Of a DNA stretch of 64,000 bases, positions 12,141 through 25,100 are shown in pieces. Each line of letters begins with the position of its first letter. The stretch's first letter is position 1. The notes under the pieces were generated by a model. The model had not been told where the DNA came from, searched no databases, and saw only the letters and a program-made list of their open reading frames with translations. The translations under genes were made by a program, and so were the position numbers. The DNA is from Pocillopora damicornis (lineage: Eukaryota). The DNA is taken from NCBI RefSeq assembly GCF_003704095.1, contig NW_020845295.1, forward strand, positions 1-64,000. Reading direction: 5' to 3'.

Positions 12141-15100
12141 ATGGATATACCTCATTTAACCAACATCTTGTCGAGTACTTTTGACCCAAACTTAAGAGAA
12201 GAAGCAGAAAAAACGTTGAATGAGGTAAAGTTTCATTAATTGCAATTTCTTTCGTGATTTGACCGATCGATTTCGTCAACACGCACATTGTTGGATATTT
12301 GAAACGGATCTAACGAACCGTTCTTCGTTTTTAATCAACAATTACGCCACTAAATCTTATATTTAAGCGAACTCTTAATTTTACAACTTTAAATTGGGCC
12401 AAACTTTTGGAATTTGGAATTGTTTTTCAATTCAAAAGAACTTTAAAATGAATTTTATTCGACTTATTTTTATTTTGGTCATGATTTTGTCACATATTTA
12501 AGATATAAATTCGATGAGTTATTATTACTTTTTTGGTTTCCTTTCTACAGATTCACAAGCATCCAGGGTTCCTCTCGCTTCTTCTTCAAGTCGTTATGTC
12601 TAACGATGTACAAATTCCTGTGAGACAGTCAGGTGCGGAAATTACTATTAATTAAAACTGATAACGTACGTACATTGTTAAATTTTAGCATATATGTCGC
12701 AATTCACAAGTCAAAAGATTAACTTTGGCATTGAATTGTTCTATTAATGAAAGGTCAATCGCTTAATATTGGAAAAGAAAGTTTTTCTTAATAATATCAG
12801 CAGAGTGACTTTTATTTGTGTTGGTTGAAGTCCAACGGAGTTAGTGATGTTCATGTTATTAAAACTATTGTACCAAATTCAAGAGAATGCAAAGTATTCA
12901 AGTTAAAAACTTTGATTTAAATTTAACCTCTACGCAACACAAGAAAACTTTAAAGAATCATTTTTGCCCTAAAAATAAGTGCACAGATAAAATTTTGCAA
13001 GAAGTGCAATTTATTTCTACGGGCCTTTTTAACCTCTTCTCAAGGATTAGTTATTCACCTAATGGTTCACTCAAGAATGATTAAACTTTTACACCCTAAC
13101 ATCAGTATCCACATTCTCTATGCTCTTCTCTATACATTTCTTTTGGTACTGACAAAGAGAGATCATTTAGTAATCAAAGCTTCTTGGGTTGCTGATCATT
13201 TTCTACATTCTCATAATGTTGATAGATTATTTAGCATACTTTTGTGAGGACAACTTTGATGCCGATCACCCTTAGAGTTAAAAGAGTTAAATTTTGCTTC
13301 ACTGAAACAGAAAATGTTTATGCTACATCTAACACCATCCTTGTAAAATGTTTTATTTGCCATCACCCAGTGAACCCGTTGATTTGAAAAGGTTAAAAAT
13401 GAAAAAAATAAAAAAAATAAAAAAAACTTAGTATAAGAAGCAAAATTTTAGTAATCAGTTTAATTGATGTTAACTATTTACTGGTAAATGATAAATATAT
13501 TAATTTAAGTAGAAACCATTTCTTACATATTCTGTAACATGGTTATTGGAAACATTTTGATCAGGAGAACAAAATTTAAGGATGGCCTTTACATGTTCTT
13601 GAAATGAACTTTTTGTTCACATGCCTGTTACTTGTATTTGTCACTATTTCTCTCCCAATAGGCTGGATTAAGCACACATTTTGATTGGTTCTGATGTTGC
13701 TAGCGATAATATTTTGGTTTTCTTATTATTGATTCAACAAATGTAAAACATAAAACTAAAAGATTCCCTGTTGCATTGGGTTTGTATGTTACCAGATTGT
13801 AGAAGAAGTGAAAATGCATTAAGAACATCAGTGACTCACTTGGCTGCATCTCATGTGCCACCTTTTGGTTCTTGCTTCATTTTGACATCATCTACATTTG
13901 TATTACTAAACAGAAGCACAGCAACATGGAATTTAATTGTTTATTTGATGATAGTGACTCATACAGCATGGTGATTTAAGAGTTAGCAAAAAGTTCTTGA
14001 TGAGGCCTATGGTAATGACAAAATGTATATTTGCTCAGCCAAATATTATGCTGTAAGCTATTGACTGCCAATGATTGCCTTTGTAGGTGTAATTTATCTC
14101 AAGAATATGATTGTCCAGTACTGGAAAGAGAGAGATCCTTCAGAACTTGCTGATACTAGTGCTGCATTTGTTATTGTTGAGCAAGATAAAGCTACCATCA
14201 GAGAAAATATTGTGGAGGCAGTTATTCATGCTCCTGAATTAATAAGGTAGAAATCTTGTAAAGCTACAGGTGTCTTTAAGTAAAGCTGAAGACAGGGCCT
14301 TAAGTGTGACTTTCAAATTGAGCTGTTATGATAGCCAGAGGGGAAATTTTTCTTATGATAAAAGAACAATTAAAAAAAAAACTGTGTGCATACTTTGCAG
14401 AATCCAGCTTACTGTGTGCGTCAGTCAGATTTTACGTCATGACTTTCCTGACAAGTGGCCTGGAGTGATTAACAAAGTGAATGGATTCCTGGCAGAGAAT
14501 AGTCAAGGGACATGGATGGGTGCTCTTCTTACCCTATATCAGATTGTCAAGAAATATGAGTAAGTACATGCTGTCTATTGCTATTTTCAAAAAATTCAAG
14601 CATGTGCATGTAACTTTACACTGGCGTGCAGTTGTTATTTTTTCAGAGTTTTTCATGGTTCCACTTTTAGAGCTTAGAAATATTAAATATGTACTGTTGT
14701 TTTTCTTAAAATTTGTGTTTATTTGGACTAGTCCCTTCAGTGATGTCACAGTTTATTAACATGTTTATTTTGTGGGTTATAATTAAGCTTTAATTAAAAG
14801 CTACCTGTTATTCTACACAAGGAGAAACATGTGAAATATGTGATGCACTCTAGAAAGCTCCCTAACCTGAAAGAGAGCTGTGTGCTTGTGTAGAGCTCTT
14901 TGTCTGTTGTGGCGGTTATGTTTGAGAACCAAATAGTATCTTTCTTCCTTTTTTTTTTGTTCACCCCTGATCCAAAGGTCCTTTTATTTTCTTTACAATT
15001 TCACTTTGAAAATCTAAGACTCCCTTTGTCTAATGGCTAGCAAAGGGACAATCCCAAGATGACTTTTAGGGCTACTGAAAATCATTTTTCTAGAAATGAT

Positions 15101-16069
15101 TTCATTGCCTGTTACTGTGCTATTTCTCCTATTCAATTTTGTTTCACTTAAACTCTTTAGGTTCAAGAAGCCAGAGGAACGGCAATTTCTCCATAACATC
15201 ATGCAAGTTCTTTTGCCACAACTCTATGCAAGAGTTGTTGCCCTGATAGAAGACTCATCGGAGATGTCAGTGGAGATCCAAAAACAGATTCTTAAAATTT
15301 TCTTTGCGCTTATTCAGGTTAGTTTCATCAACCTAATGGTAGAGACAATTGTAAACTTATAGATTTCAGCTGTATACACAACATGCACAAGCAAGTTTTC
15401 CTATAGAGAGTACAGTGGGGGTAGAAGAACATGTCATGCATTTTTTAGTAATGGATTTAAACAAGACGGCATGTAACAATCAATCTGACACTCTTAAAGA
15501 TTTGCTGGACACCAAGTCTCCAAATATGTTCCCTTTCTTGAGAGGACACATGACTGACTAAGTGTCCATTTTGGCAAATCAAAGTTGAAGTGTAGTCCAA
15601 TTTTTTTTCCTTATTTGGTGAAAGGATTGGGTGTTAGGTGCTGCTCTGTGTATCAAAAAAAAAAATAGTACTTTTGTGCTTCAGCAGAATGTGTGGCCTT
15701 GAATTTGAGATTTGAGCTTGAAAATATTCTTCTGCAAACTTTTTGCTTTCCCTGTAAATGACATGACAGTGTTCTTTCCAGCTGCATAAACTAATGGAAC
15801 ACACATTCATGAAATAAGTAAGAATCTTTCATTCATTAAATTATTTTTGTCGTGTTAGTATGTCCTTCCCCTTGAACTAATTACAACAGATTTTGGGAAG
15901 TGGATGCAAGTATTCCAAACTGTGGCAAGCAGAGATGTACCTCCGGTAAGAATCTTTTTACTCTGGATCTCATTGCTTGTACTTTGCTTTAAATAAATAT
16001 TCTGCACCCAAACCAAGTGGCCCACTCAGTGTACCCTTTGTGAATGGAATACCATTCTATTCCAAAGTT

Positions 16070-16109
<40 letters not shown>

Positions 16110-19100
16110 ACTCTAGCATTTCTTCAGGCTTCCCTTAAAGCTCATCAGTAATTATTTGTACGCATTGGTGTGGAAAGGATACTATAAAAGAAGTGTCTTG
16201 CAAAGGTGACAACACAGTGTCCAAGCTAAGTCTTAATTTTGGACCTCACGATCTGGAATAAAGTGCATTAACTGTCAAGTCGCCCTGTCTCCCCTTTAAC
16301 TCTTTAACCCCTAAGAGTTACTGGCGTCTCATTTCTCCTCACAATATCACCCTAGAATCACACTTTAATGTCATGATAATAAAGGAAATGACCAACTAAA
16401 GAAGCTCCTGATTTTTAAACAAATTCTCCTTGTTAGCACCTCAGGAAATGTACAGAGAACAGTAAAGAGAAAATGCATAATGATGATAATGGTGTTAAGG
16501 GTTAATATGAGCATACATGTGTGACTTAAAAAGAGAATGAATAGATCAATAACTAATATTTAGATTTAACCAAGCCTAAAAGCGGAGCTTGCATTTTTTT
16601 TTCCCGCACGTCTCAAGGGCACAACACCTTGTCCCAGCAAGGACTAGAACCCGGGTCGTCCAACTTGTAGCCCAGTGCACTGACCACTGGACTACTGAAC
16701 AAAGCTGCGGCGTTGGTGTGCCTGCAATACAGTTGACCACACATGTTAAAAGTAGCACCTTGTACAGTCATATGGTCGTACAGTCATATGGTCGTACATC
16801 CAAATTTTTTCAGCTTGATGGGTTACTACTATTTTGTATAGTTATGGGGCTATGCAAGCTCTGCTACAAGTAAACTTGAACACCTTCCCACCATGCTACT
16901 ATGTATTAACTAGTAAGTAAAAATGGAAACATCATGTTAAGGTTCAAATGTGACAACATCAATACATAGCAAATGGTCATGCACGCTCTCTTACCTGTAG
17001 TTGTGTGCTTTTTTTTCTTCTTTTGTACATTTAGGTTGCTCTGGAAGGTGATGAAGAAGAGTTAGCTAGACTACCCTGGTGGAAAGCTAAGAAATGGGCT
17101 CTGCATATTTTGTGCCGGTTGTTTGAGAGGTAAACCTGTCTTTTAGTACAGCACTAAACCCACTTGCATACATGTACCTGAGCATGTCAAAAAATTATAA
17201 TTTTGTACATAGTTTTGAACCAGGAAGAATAAGGAAACATCATCTTTCGTTGTGTTAGTGGTTTTCATTTTTGTTTTTTCTTTCCCCCTTTTACTCTTAT
17301 ATCAACATTTTGGTTGTCACCATTACTTTAATGTCCATAAAGAAATATTTAGGTGTTAGTCCTAAAAAGGGGTTTAAAGGGGAATATTTTTCTTTTTCTT
17401 TTTGCCTATTTGTGGGGCAGCTAACAAAGATGATGCTTTCATGTTTAAATGAGTCCTTTTGGTTTTCAGATATGGTACTCCAGGATCAATAACAAAAGAA
17501 TATGAGGAGTTTTCTGAGTACTACTGTAAACATTTTGCAGGTAAGTAAGCAAAGAGACTTTAGGTTTATCCCTTCAGTAAAAATGTTGCAAGGTTGTATA
17601 TTGAATTTTTTTATTGGGCTCACTTTCTGTGTATAGGTTTTTTCATCAAGGTTTCCTAGCATTTTTTATTTCTTGAAGTCAACCATCAAAGGAACCTCCA
17701 CCATAACATTATGGCCCATCCCAGAAGAAGTTAATACTGTGCTTTAGATTAGTTAACTTTGGGCTGAGTTTCAAAAAAAGGCAGGATTTATTTATTTAAC
17801 TGAGAACTTGTCTTTTCTCACAGTAAGTGTGACACAGATTCTTCTGAGAGTACTGGATCAGTACAGACGAAAAGTGTTTGTAGCTCCAAGAGTACTTCAG
17901 CAAACCATAAACTACTTGAAAAATGGGTGAGTAAATTTCTTTCACGTTGTTATAACGTTATGGGGATTACATTGATGCTGGTCTCAGCTTTGTAAATGCA
18001 GTTTGTTTGGCAATGATAAGTAGTGATATTCACCTGCTGTACAAATGGTGCTTCAAAGCATATTTTAAAGTGGTATTGATTTTTTGTCAAAAAAATATAC
18101 TTGTTTATTTTCCAGAGTTTCAAATTCACTTCATTGGAAAATAATGAAGCCCCATATCCAGGTAAAAGAGCAAACATACAAACAGAAAAGAGTTTTAAAG
18201 TTCAACTGAAGTTAGCTAGCAGGGATCACCCAGGCAGCTATAAATTAGTGTAATGAACACGCATAGTAGACAAACAGTAACAGACTCTAAGTTACCATAC
18301 TGGTATGTACAGTAACAATTGGAAATCTGTGGTTTGCAAAGTTTTTTTGATAGACAAACATTATGTGCAGTGCTTGGAATGGCAGTAGATTCCCTAAGAT
18401 GGAAGCCTGACTGTTGTTGGTTACCCTTTTTAAAAGCATTCAAGGTTTCTTTCCAGATCTGGATTTTAAAGGTTGATTGGAAAGGCCTAGTTGATGCTAT
18501 GGGAGTTAAGGCAATAGAATTGTCTGAAAAATGTTATGATGTTATATTTATAGGCAATAATCCAGGAAGTTGTGTTTCCTTTGATGTGTTACACGGAAGA
18601 GGATGATGAACTCTGGCAAGAAGATCCATATGAGTTTATAAGAGTTAAATATGGTGAGAAAGGGAATAATATACTTAAGTCCTAACCTGGAAACAGCTAA
18701 AGGGGCTTAGGCATGTAAACTTTAACAAATTTCTTAGAAAATATGTATATCCACTTTCCTGAATTGAGCTGAAAACTAGCATGTGGCAAACAAATTTCAA
18801 AAGCCAATTTTTTTTTTTACAGGATTGCAATAAGCAAAGATTTAATGGAATGAATATTTTTAAATGTTAAAAGATTGGCAGTTAAGTAACATCTTGCACA
18901 GGAATAACTAGGCACGTGTTTAAAAACTCAACAAAAAATTGAGGTGGCATTCACAAATTTTCTTCATATTTGAACTTTGAGTAGTCCAGTACTTTTAAAT
19001 AACCTGAAGCTTTGTCTCTTATTGACAGATATCTTTGAGGATTTTGTCTCCCCTGTCACTGCAGCAGCCACGCTTCTTCACACTGTAGTTTCAAAAAGAA

Positions 19101-22100
19101 AACAAGTTCTTGACCCTACCATGGTATTCTGTGTCCATGTCCTCAACCTCCCTCCTGAACAGAGGGATCCTCGACAGAAGGATGGAGCTCTTCATATGAT
19201 TGGCACATTAGCTGATGTGTTGTTAAAGGTTTCTTGTCTTTTCTTTTTCATTTTGAATTGTCTTTTTAATGGGTTTGTGTCTGTCAGTGCATAACTACTG
19301 TTGTTCTGCAGGCTTGCATAGGTGGATGCTTCTCAAACTTAATTTGTAATACGGCAAAACTATGTTAGGAGTCAAGAGATCAAGAGATCAGGGGCTCAGG
19401 AATGAGGATTTATTCTGGTTCCAATAGATAGAGAAACTTTTAATTTAGCATAGAAAGTAAACTTGGATTGCCTTGGTTTTGCTTTACTGGCCCGGGTTGT
19501 TCAAATCTGGGTTAAGATAACCCAGGGTTAGCATGGAATTTGATTTCAGGTCTGAAAGCTTTAAAAGAAAATTCAGTTAAAATCTTTTTGCTTGCAATTT
19601 GATCACTGGATGTTCTAAAAAGAATAGGGAAAATTTTCTCTAAAAGGCTTTGGAGAAAAGAAATATAGAAACCTGCATTAAAATTTAACCATGGGTTAGC
19701 GCTAATCTGCCTTTGAACAACTGGGCCCTGAGCTTTAACCCTTAAATCACAAGAGTGACCAAGAAATCATTTCTCCTTACAATATCAATACAATATCAAG
19801 CAGACAAGTGATGAGAATAAAGACAAATGTTTTGAATAAGGGGATTATTAAAGGATCCAGTGCCAAATTCTCCAAACTATCATCATAAGAGTTGTAGGGC
19901 ATACAGCAATGAGAGTTACCAATGAGATCTTGAGAGTGAAGGGTTTAGATTGCTGTGGAAAACTGGCACCACCCTATCAACCAAGGAGAGTCTTGTTCTC
20001 TTACAATCTTGTAGTTTTAAAGCAGTGTACTGTTTATGACTTTTAGAACTCACAGGCACCTTGTGACTGGTGTTAAAGATTACTCTGGTTTTTGTGTTAC
20101 AACACTTGGACAGATTGCACTTCAAATGTTAACCGCAAGCAACCCCATTTCCTCCGCCTTTTTTTCTGTTAAGGAGCTTTTATTTCATCCATGTAAAGAG
20201 CTGTAATTCTAGATAGGAATCCTTATGATAATGTAAGATTCTTTTGTATCAGCTATCATAATGCTTTCTTATTAATGATTTTGTCTTAAATTGTGTTGTG
20301 TCCTCTTGTTACAGAGAAAAATGTACAAAGTACAGTTGGAAAACATGTTAGTGCAACATGTTTATCCTGAGTTTAAAAGTTCATTAGGATATCTTAGAGC
20401 CAGGGTAGGAACAGTTTTTTCATTGATTCATTGATTGTTTTGTTTGCCAGTGAAGTAACTGACGTTTTATTTGATTGAAATATTAAACAAAATTTGCATC
20501 AATAACAATAAAAAACATAATTTTGCATTAAAGCTAGTTGGTACATCATTTTTGTGTAAAAATCCAGACATATTTGGGACTTGAACATACAAATTTGTTA
20601 TTAATAGCTCCCAAACTTAATCTGACTAGGAATGAAATTACAAAGCATTGCACTGGAATTTTCCTTACTGTTTTTTTTTTTTTTTGCATTGGTTGTTTTC
20701 AGAAAAAATAACAAAACAAATCTAATTCTCTTGTTAGTGTCTTCTAAAAGATCCTGATGATAAACAGAAAACACAAATCTCTATGTTGAGGGGAAGATTA
20801 GAGCAAAGGGGATATTGATATAGTAGAGATTATTTTCATCTAACCCTTTGATTCCCTTACTGTGTGTGCTGCCCACCTAATGTATAGACTTTTCTTTAGG
20901 CTTGCTGGGTCTTGCACAGTTTTGGTGACATAACCTTTAAAGAAGAAAGAAACCTTGCCACAGCAGTGAATTCTGCCCGCATCTGTTTAACTGAAGACAC
21001 TGATCCTCCAGTCATTGTGGAGGCAGCCATTGCTTTACAGTTTCTTATAGAGAAACAAGAGGGATGTGAGTTTTTTTTTTTCAATTTTTTTAGCACTTAA
21101 AAGAAGTTACAATGCATAAAAACACCCTTTGAAAAGAGAAGATTTCTTATTTCATGAGTTGTTTTGTCAATGGTGCGGCAGAGCAAAAGAAATAAAACTT
21201 GATAATTTTTTTCACCCATTGCCTTCCATCAGTCAAGTGTCCAATAGGTAGGTAGAAAATAAGGAAAATGTAATTGCAAAAATGTGAGATTTTTTTCATT
21301 TTTATTTTGCAGCCAAAAAATATATTGAGCCACATGTGCGTCCAATCATCCTACGTGAGTATTCTTTATCTCATTTCCAGNNNNNNNNNNNNNNNNNNNN
21401 NNNNNNNNNNNNNNNNNNNNNNNNNNNNNNNNNNNNNNNNNNNNNNNNNNNNNNNNNNNNNNNNNNNNNNNNNNNNNNNNAGGTAAATTATATATTATTC
21501 TGGCTGCCCTTTGGTGAAGTATTTCCAAAGATTGTAGAAGGTCCGTATTTGGATGCCTTGGCCTCTAAGAGTTAAATTAAGAGCATGCAGTTTTGTAAAG
21601 AATTTCGTATGAATGTTTTGTCATAAGGGCTTACATGTACATGTGTTGTGCTCATTTTATCTTTGTCCCCTCTGACTAACCATGCAGCCTTCAGTGTGAT
21701 AAAATTTTTGTTTGTACTCCTCTAGAACTGCTGAAAGTTATTCGTGAAACAGAGAATGATGATTTGACAGGAGTGATGCAGAAACTCATCTCAACATATG
21801 GACATCAGGAACAAGTGGCAAGCATTGCAATAGACATTGCCAGAGATCTGGTAGGACAAATTGAAATTTAGTTATGTGTTGAAGAAAAAATTGTTTGCCT
21901 TGGGCTTGTAAAACATCCTTTTAACTTTTGAATTAGACTGTATTCCGTTAAAATCAACATGTAATCCTGGAAAAAGGCATCATTTAAGTGTTCATAAGTA
22001 TGATATTTTCTGATAAAATTGTCTTCTTTCCACAGGCAAGCACTTTTGTTCAGTTGTTGGATGGGGAGGATAGTGATGAGAAAGCTGTTACTGCCATGGG

Positions 22101-25100
22101 AATTCTGAACACTCTGGAGACAATGTTGAATGTGATGGAAGGATCTAAAGCTGTAAGATGAATTTAATGTCATTGATTTGGTGAAGTTTTTATTTGGGTA
22201 CCTAGGTAGCTACTATTTTAGAGGAATAGTCCTTTGGTGACAAAGATTATTGATTGACTAAAATGTAAATTTTCTTAACACAGTGATATCATTTTTCAGA
22301 TTGTACTTCAACTGGAACAAGTCGTGATTTCTTTAATAGCCAAGGTTCTAGAGCTGTCTGTAATGGGTAAGGAGTAGATATTTTTTCTGGCTTACTACAT
22401 TTAAGCTATTCTCTCATTAATAGTGTTACTGTATTTCTGCGCAGAGTTCTATGAAGACATTCTGTCCATTATCTGCACCTGTACATGTTTTGAGATCTCG
22501 CAGTCCATGTGGGCAGTCTTTTACATGCTTTATGAAGCTTTCCAGAGGGATGCCTTTGACTACTTTGCAGGTATTGAGTCGTAATTTACTTTATGTAACC
22601 GTTGATGACTTGGAGTCCATGACATGTTGAGAAATGATTGCTTTAGGTATGTGCATCCCTTTCTACTTTGGAGTACATTTTTGAGGGAACCTTGCATAGT
22701 GAACTCTGAAGAATTACCTGCTATTTCAGGGTTTTTACTTGGCGGAAATTCAGCTGCGTGATTTTTACTCATCCAAAATGTATCATTTACTGTACGTTAG
22801 TCGCAGGATATGCTACTAGTAAAAAATTCATGAAGCTTAAACTGTATGCATTTTTGCCCCCCAGAAATGATGCCATGTTTACACAACTACATCACAGTGG
22901 ACACACCTGCCTTTCTAGCAAATTCAAAGAACCTTGAGATAATCTACAACATGTGTAAAAAGGTATGCCATATAAACATGTCGCTAATATTGTCCTTATT
23001 AAATTTAAAATTATACCTCTACGTGTTCACTTAATGGTCAAAGAATACGCATTTAAAGTATCCTGGCTTTTTACCCTTTAACTCCCACAACTGATTAATA
23101 TGAAACTTCTCCCTATTATATTCATACATTATTTAGCAAAAAGGCATTGAGAATACCCAAACATATCAAGTTGTAGTTATTATCTTGATCCGAGGCCAAA
23201 TTCTCAGGACTAATTTACAAGATAATTTATGGAAGCCAGAGGGGAGAATCGACAATCCCATTGTGGGAATTAAAGGGTTTACACTCAGGATTCTTTCCAT
23301 TCGTCATTAGATGTTAACAGATTCGTCAGCAGCAGAAGATCAGCAGTGCAATGCAGCAAAGCTGTTAGAAGTAACAATACTTCAATGCCATGGACAGATA
23401 GACCAGGTAAGGTAATTAACTGAATGGTTGTCAAATACAATAATTATTTAAATGACCCAGTGCTCGACGCTGCGACCGTTTTGGTCGCCGTGGCGAGCAG
23501 GGGAATATTTTAGCGACTGAATTCGCAACAGAAGTCTCCAATTTGACAACTTGGGCGCTTTTGTAGCAAGCTGTAGAAGTAACGAATAAAAGGGGTAAAT
23601 TTCTAAAGAAACTGTGGTGTTGCGTCCATGGGAGAGTATAACAGGGTAATTTCGTATTATCGACTGAGTTCATGACGTAAATTGGCCACCGTTAAGAGTT
23701 TCAAAGCTGACGTTTCGAGCGTTAGCCCCTCGTCAAAGCGAGGTTGCTCTGACGAAGGGCTCTGATAAAGGGCTAACGCTCGGAACGTCAGCTTTAAAAC
23801 TCTTAACAGAGGCCAATTTACGTTATAAACTTAGTTGATAACACCAAATTACTTTGTAGAGCTAACGGTTTAGAGACAGTTATACAATAAGCTGTAAATA
23901 TGGAATTCTGCGGTCCAACATTAAGCTCTAGCCCACACAGAGATTTCTTTGTTCTTTCAGTGGCTTCCGTTTTACATTGAAGCAGCGCTGGAGAGATTGA
24001 CAAGGGAGGTGAAGGAGAGTGAACTAAGAACTATGTGCTTACAAGTGGTAAGGGAGATCACAACAACACATAGTTTCAGTAGAAACGAGCAGTAAACGTC
24101 CTCAAGCAGTATATTTCTCAGGGACTTGTGACATAAAGCTTTCTTTTTGCATCTCAGTGAAATGTTGATGGAATCGATCCATCAAAGTTTTGAATGTACG
24201 TTTCAAGTTTCCCAAAGTCGGTTTTTTTTTTAAAGATAGAGAATTAAGGAGGTGAAAACTTCGTGACAAAAGTGAAACACGTAGCTGCAACTTCGTTGTT
24301 TGTTTTTGGTTTTTTTTGCTGGCCTGTCACTTAGTTATGGCTTCATTGAAACTTTTGTTTCAGAGCTTACTAACTGCGTTTGTTTTGTGATTCCAGGCTA
24401 TCGCGGGGTTAATATACAATACTCCCCTCCTATTAAGTATTCTGGACAAACTCCATTTTCCAAATACGAACGAAACTGTGACGGCGCAGTTTTTTAGTCA
24501 CTGGGTTAGTGACTACGACTGTTTTTTCGGGTAAGCGGAGACAAAATATTTTGATTTTGGTACTTTTAGCGTTTTGAGACAATCGAGAACATGATATTTG
24601 GCGCTGTTGCTCCAGATGACTTCGTTCGGTCCGATTTGGTTTTTTCCGACATTGTAATTACCAACTTGCACTGGGAAACTTACTCATTTCCTGGGGAGGA
24701 ATCACTTGGTTTTCAGGGAGGGATGGATGGGGGATCAGTCGTCGATAACAGAGTATAAATGAGAACTATAAAAAAGAGACTACCAGTGGGGGTGGGAAGG
24801 AGGAATCGTGAGAATACAAAAGAGCCTTAAGGGGGATCAGGTAAATTTTATCGAAACACAACTTAAGTCCTCCGACCCACCCTCCCCTCCCTGCTGGCGA
24901 AAAAAAAATGAGCAGTTCTTAGGGATCCCGTATTGTAGCATCATTTAGGGTAACTTTTGATTTTCCTTGTTAATCTTTCCAACTTCTGAGTTCTCGTGTG
25001 TTGTACCTGCAACTGGTCAACAGGTGTCTTCCTATTGTCTCATTGCATATACTGATTGCTTGAACTTAATTCTAACATTCATTAGATTTTAGACTAAGGA

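Noticed and set aside
16072-16109. 38-nt poly-C as a functional G-quadruplex
   Set aside because: It lies inside a decayed SINE, and long homopolymer lengths are unreliable in assemblies
16620-16700. tRNA gene (also 51540-51600)
   Set aside because: A/B boxes are present, but the acceptor and anticodon stems do not pair; these are SINE-type heads
17821-17830. Acceptor overlapping a donor-like GTAAGT (CAG|TAAGT) at IPO7 exon 9
   Set aside because: Explained by the codons (V-S-V); no upstream exon that would use it as a donor is evident
22600-22750. snoRNA-like signals in IPO7 intron 19 (TGATGA...CTGA; CATAGT-hairpin-TTACTT loosely complementary to LSU rRNA GAGUAACUAUG)
   Set aside because: No terminal stem or recognisable guide for a C/D RNA; no H box, no ACA and wrong pocket geometry for an H/ACA RNA
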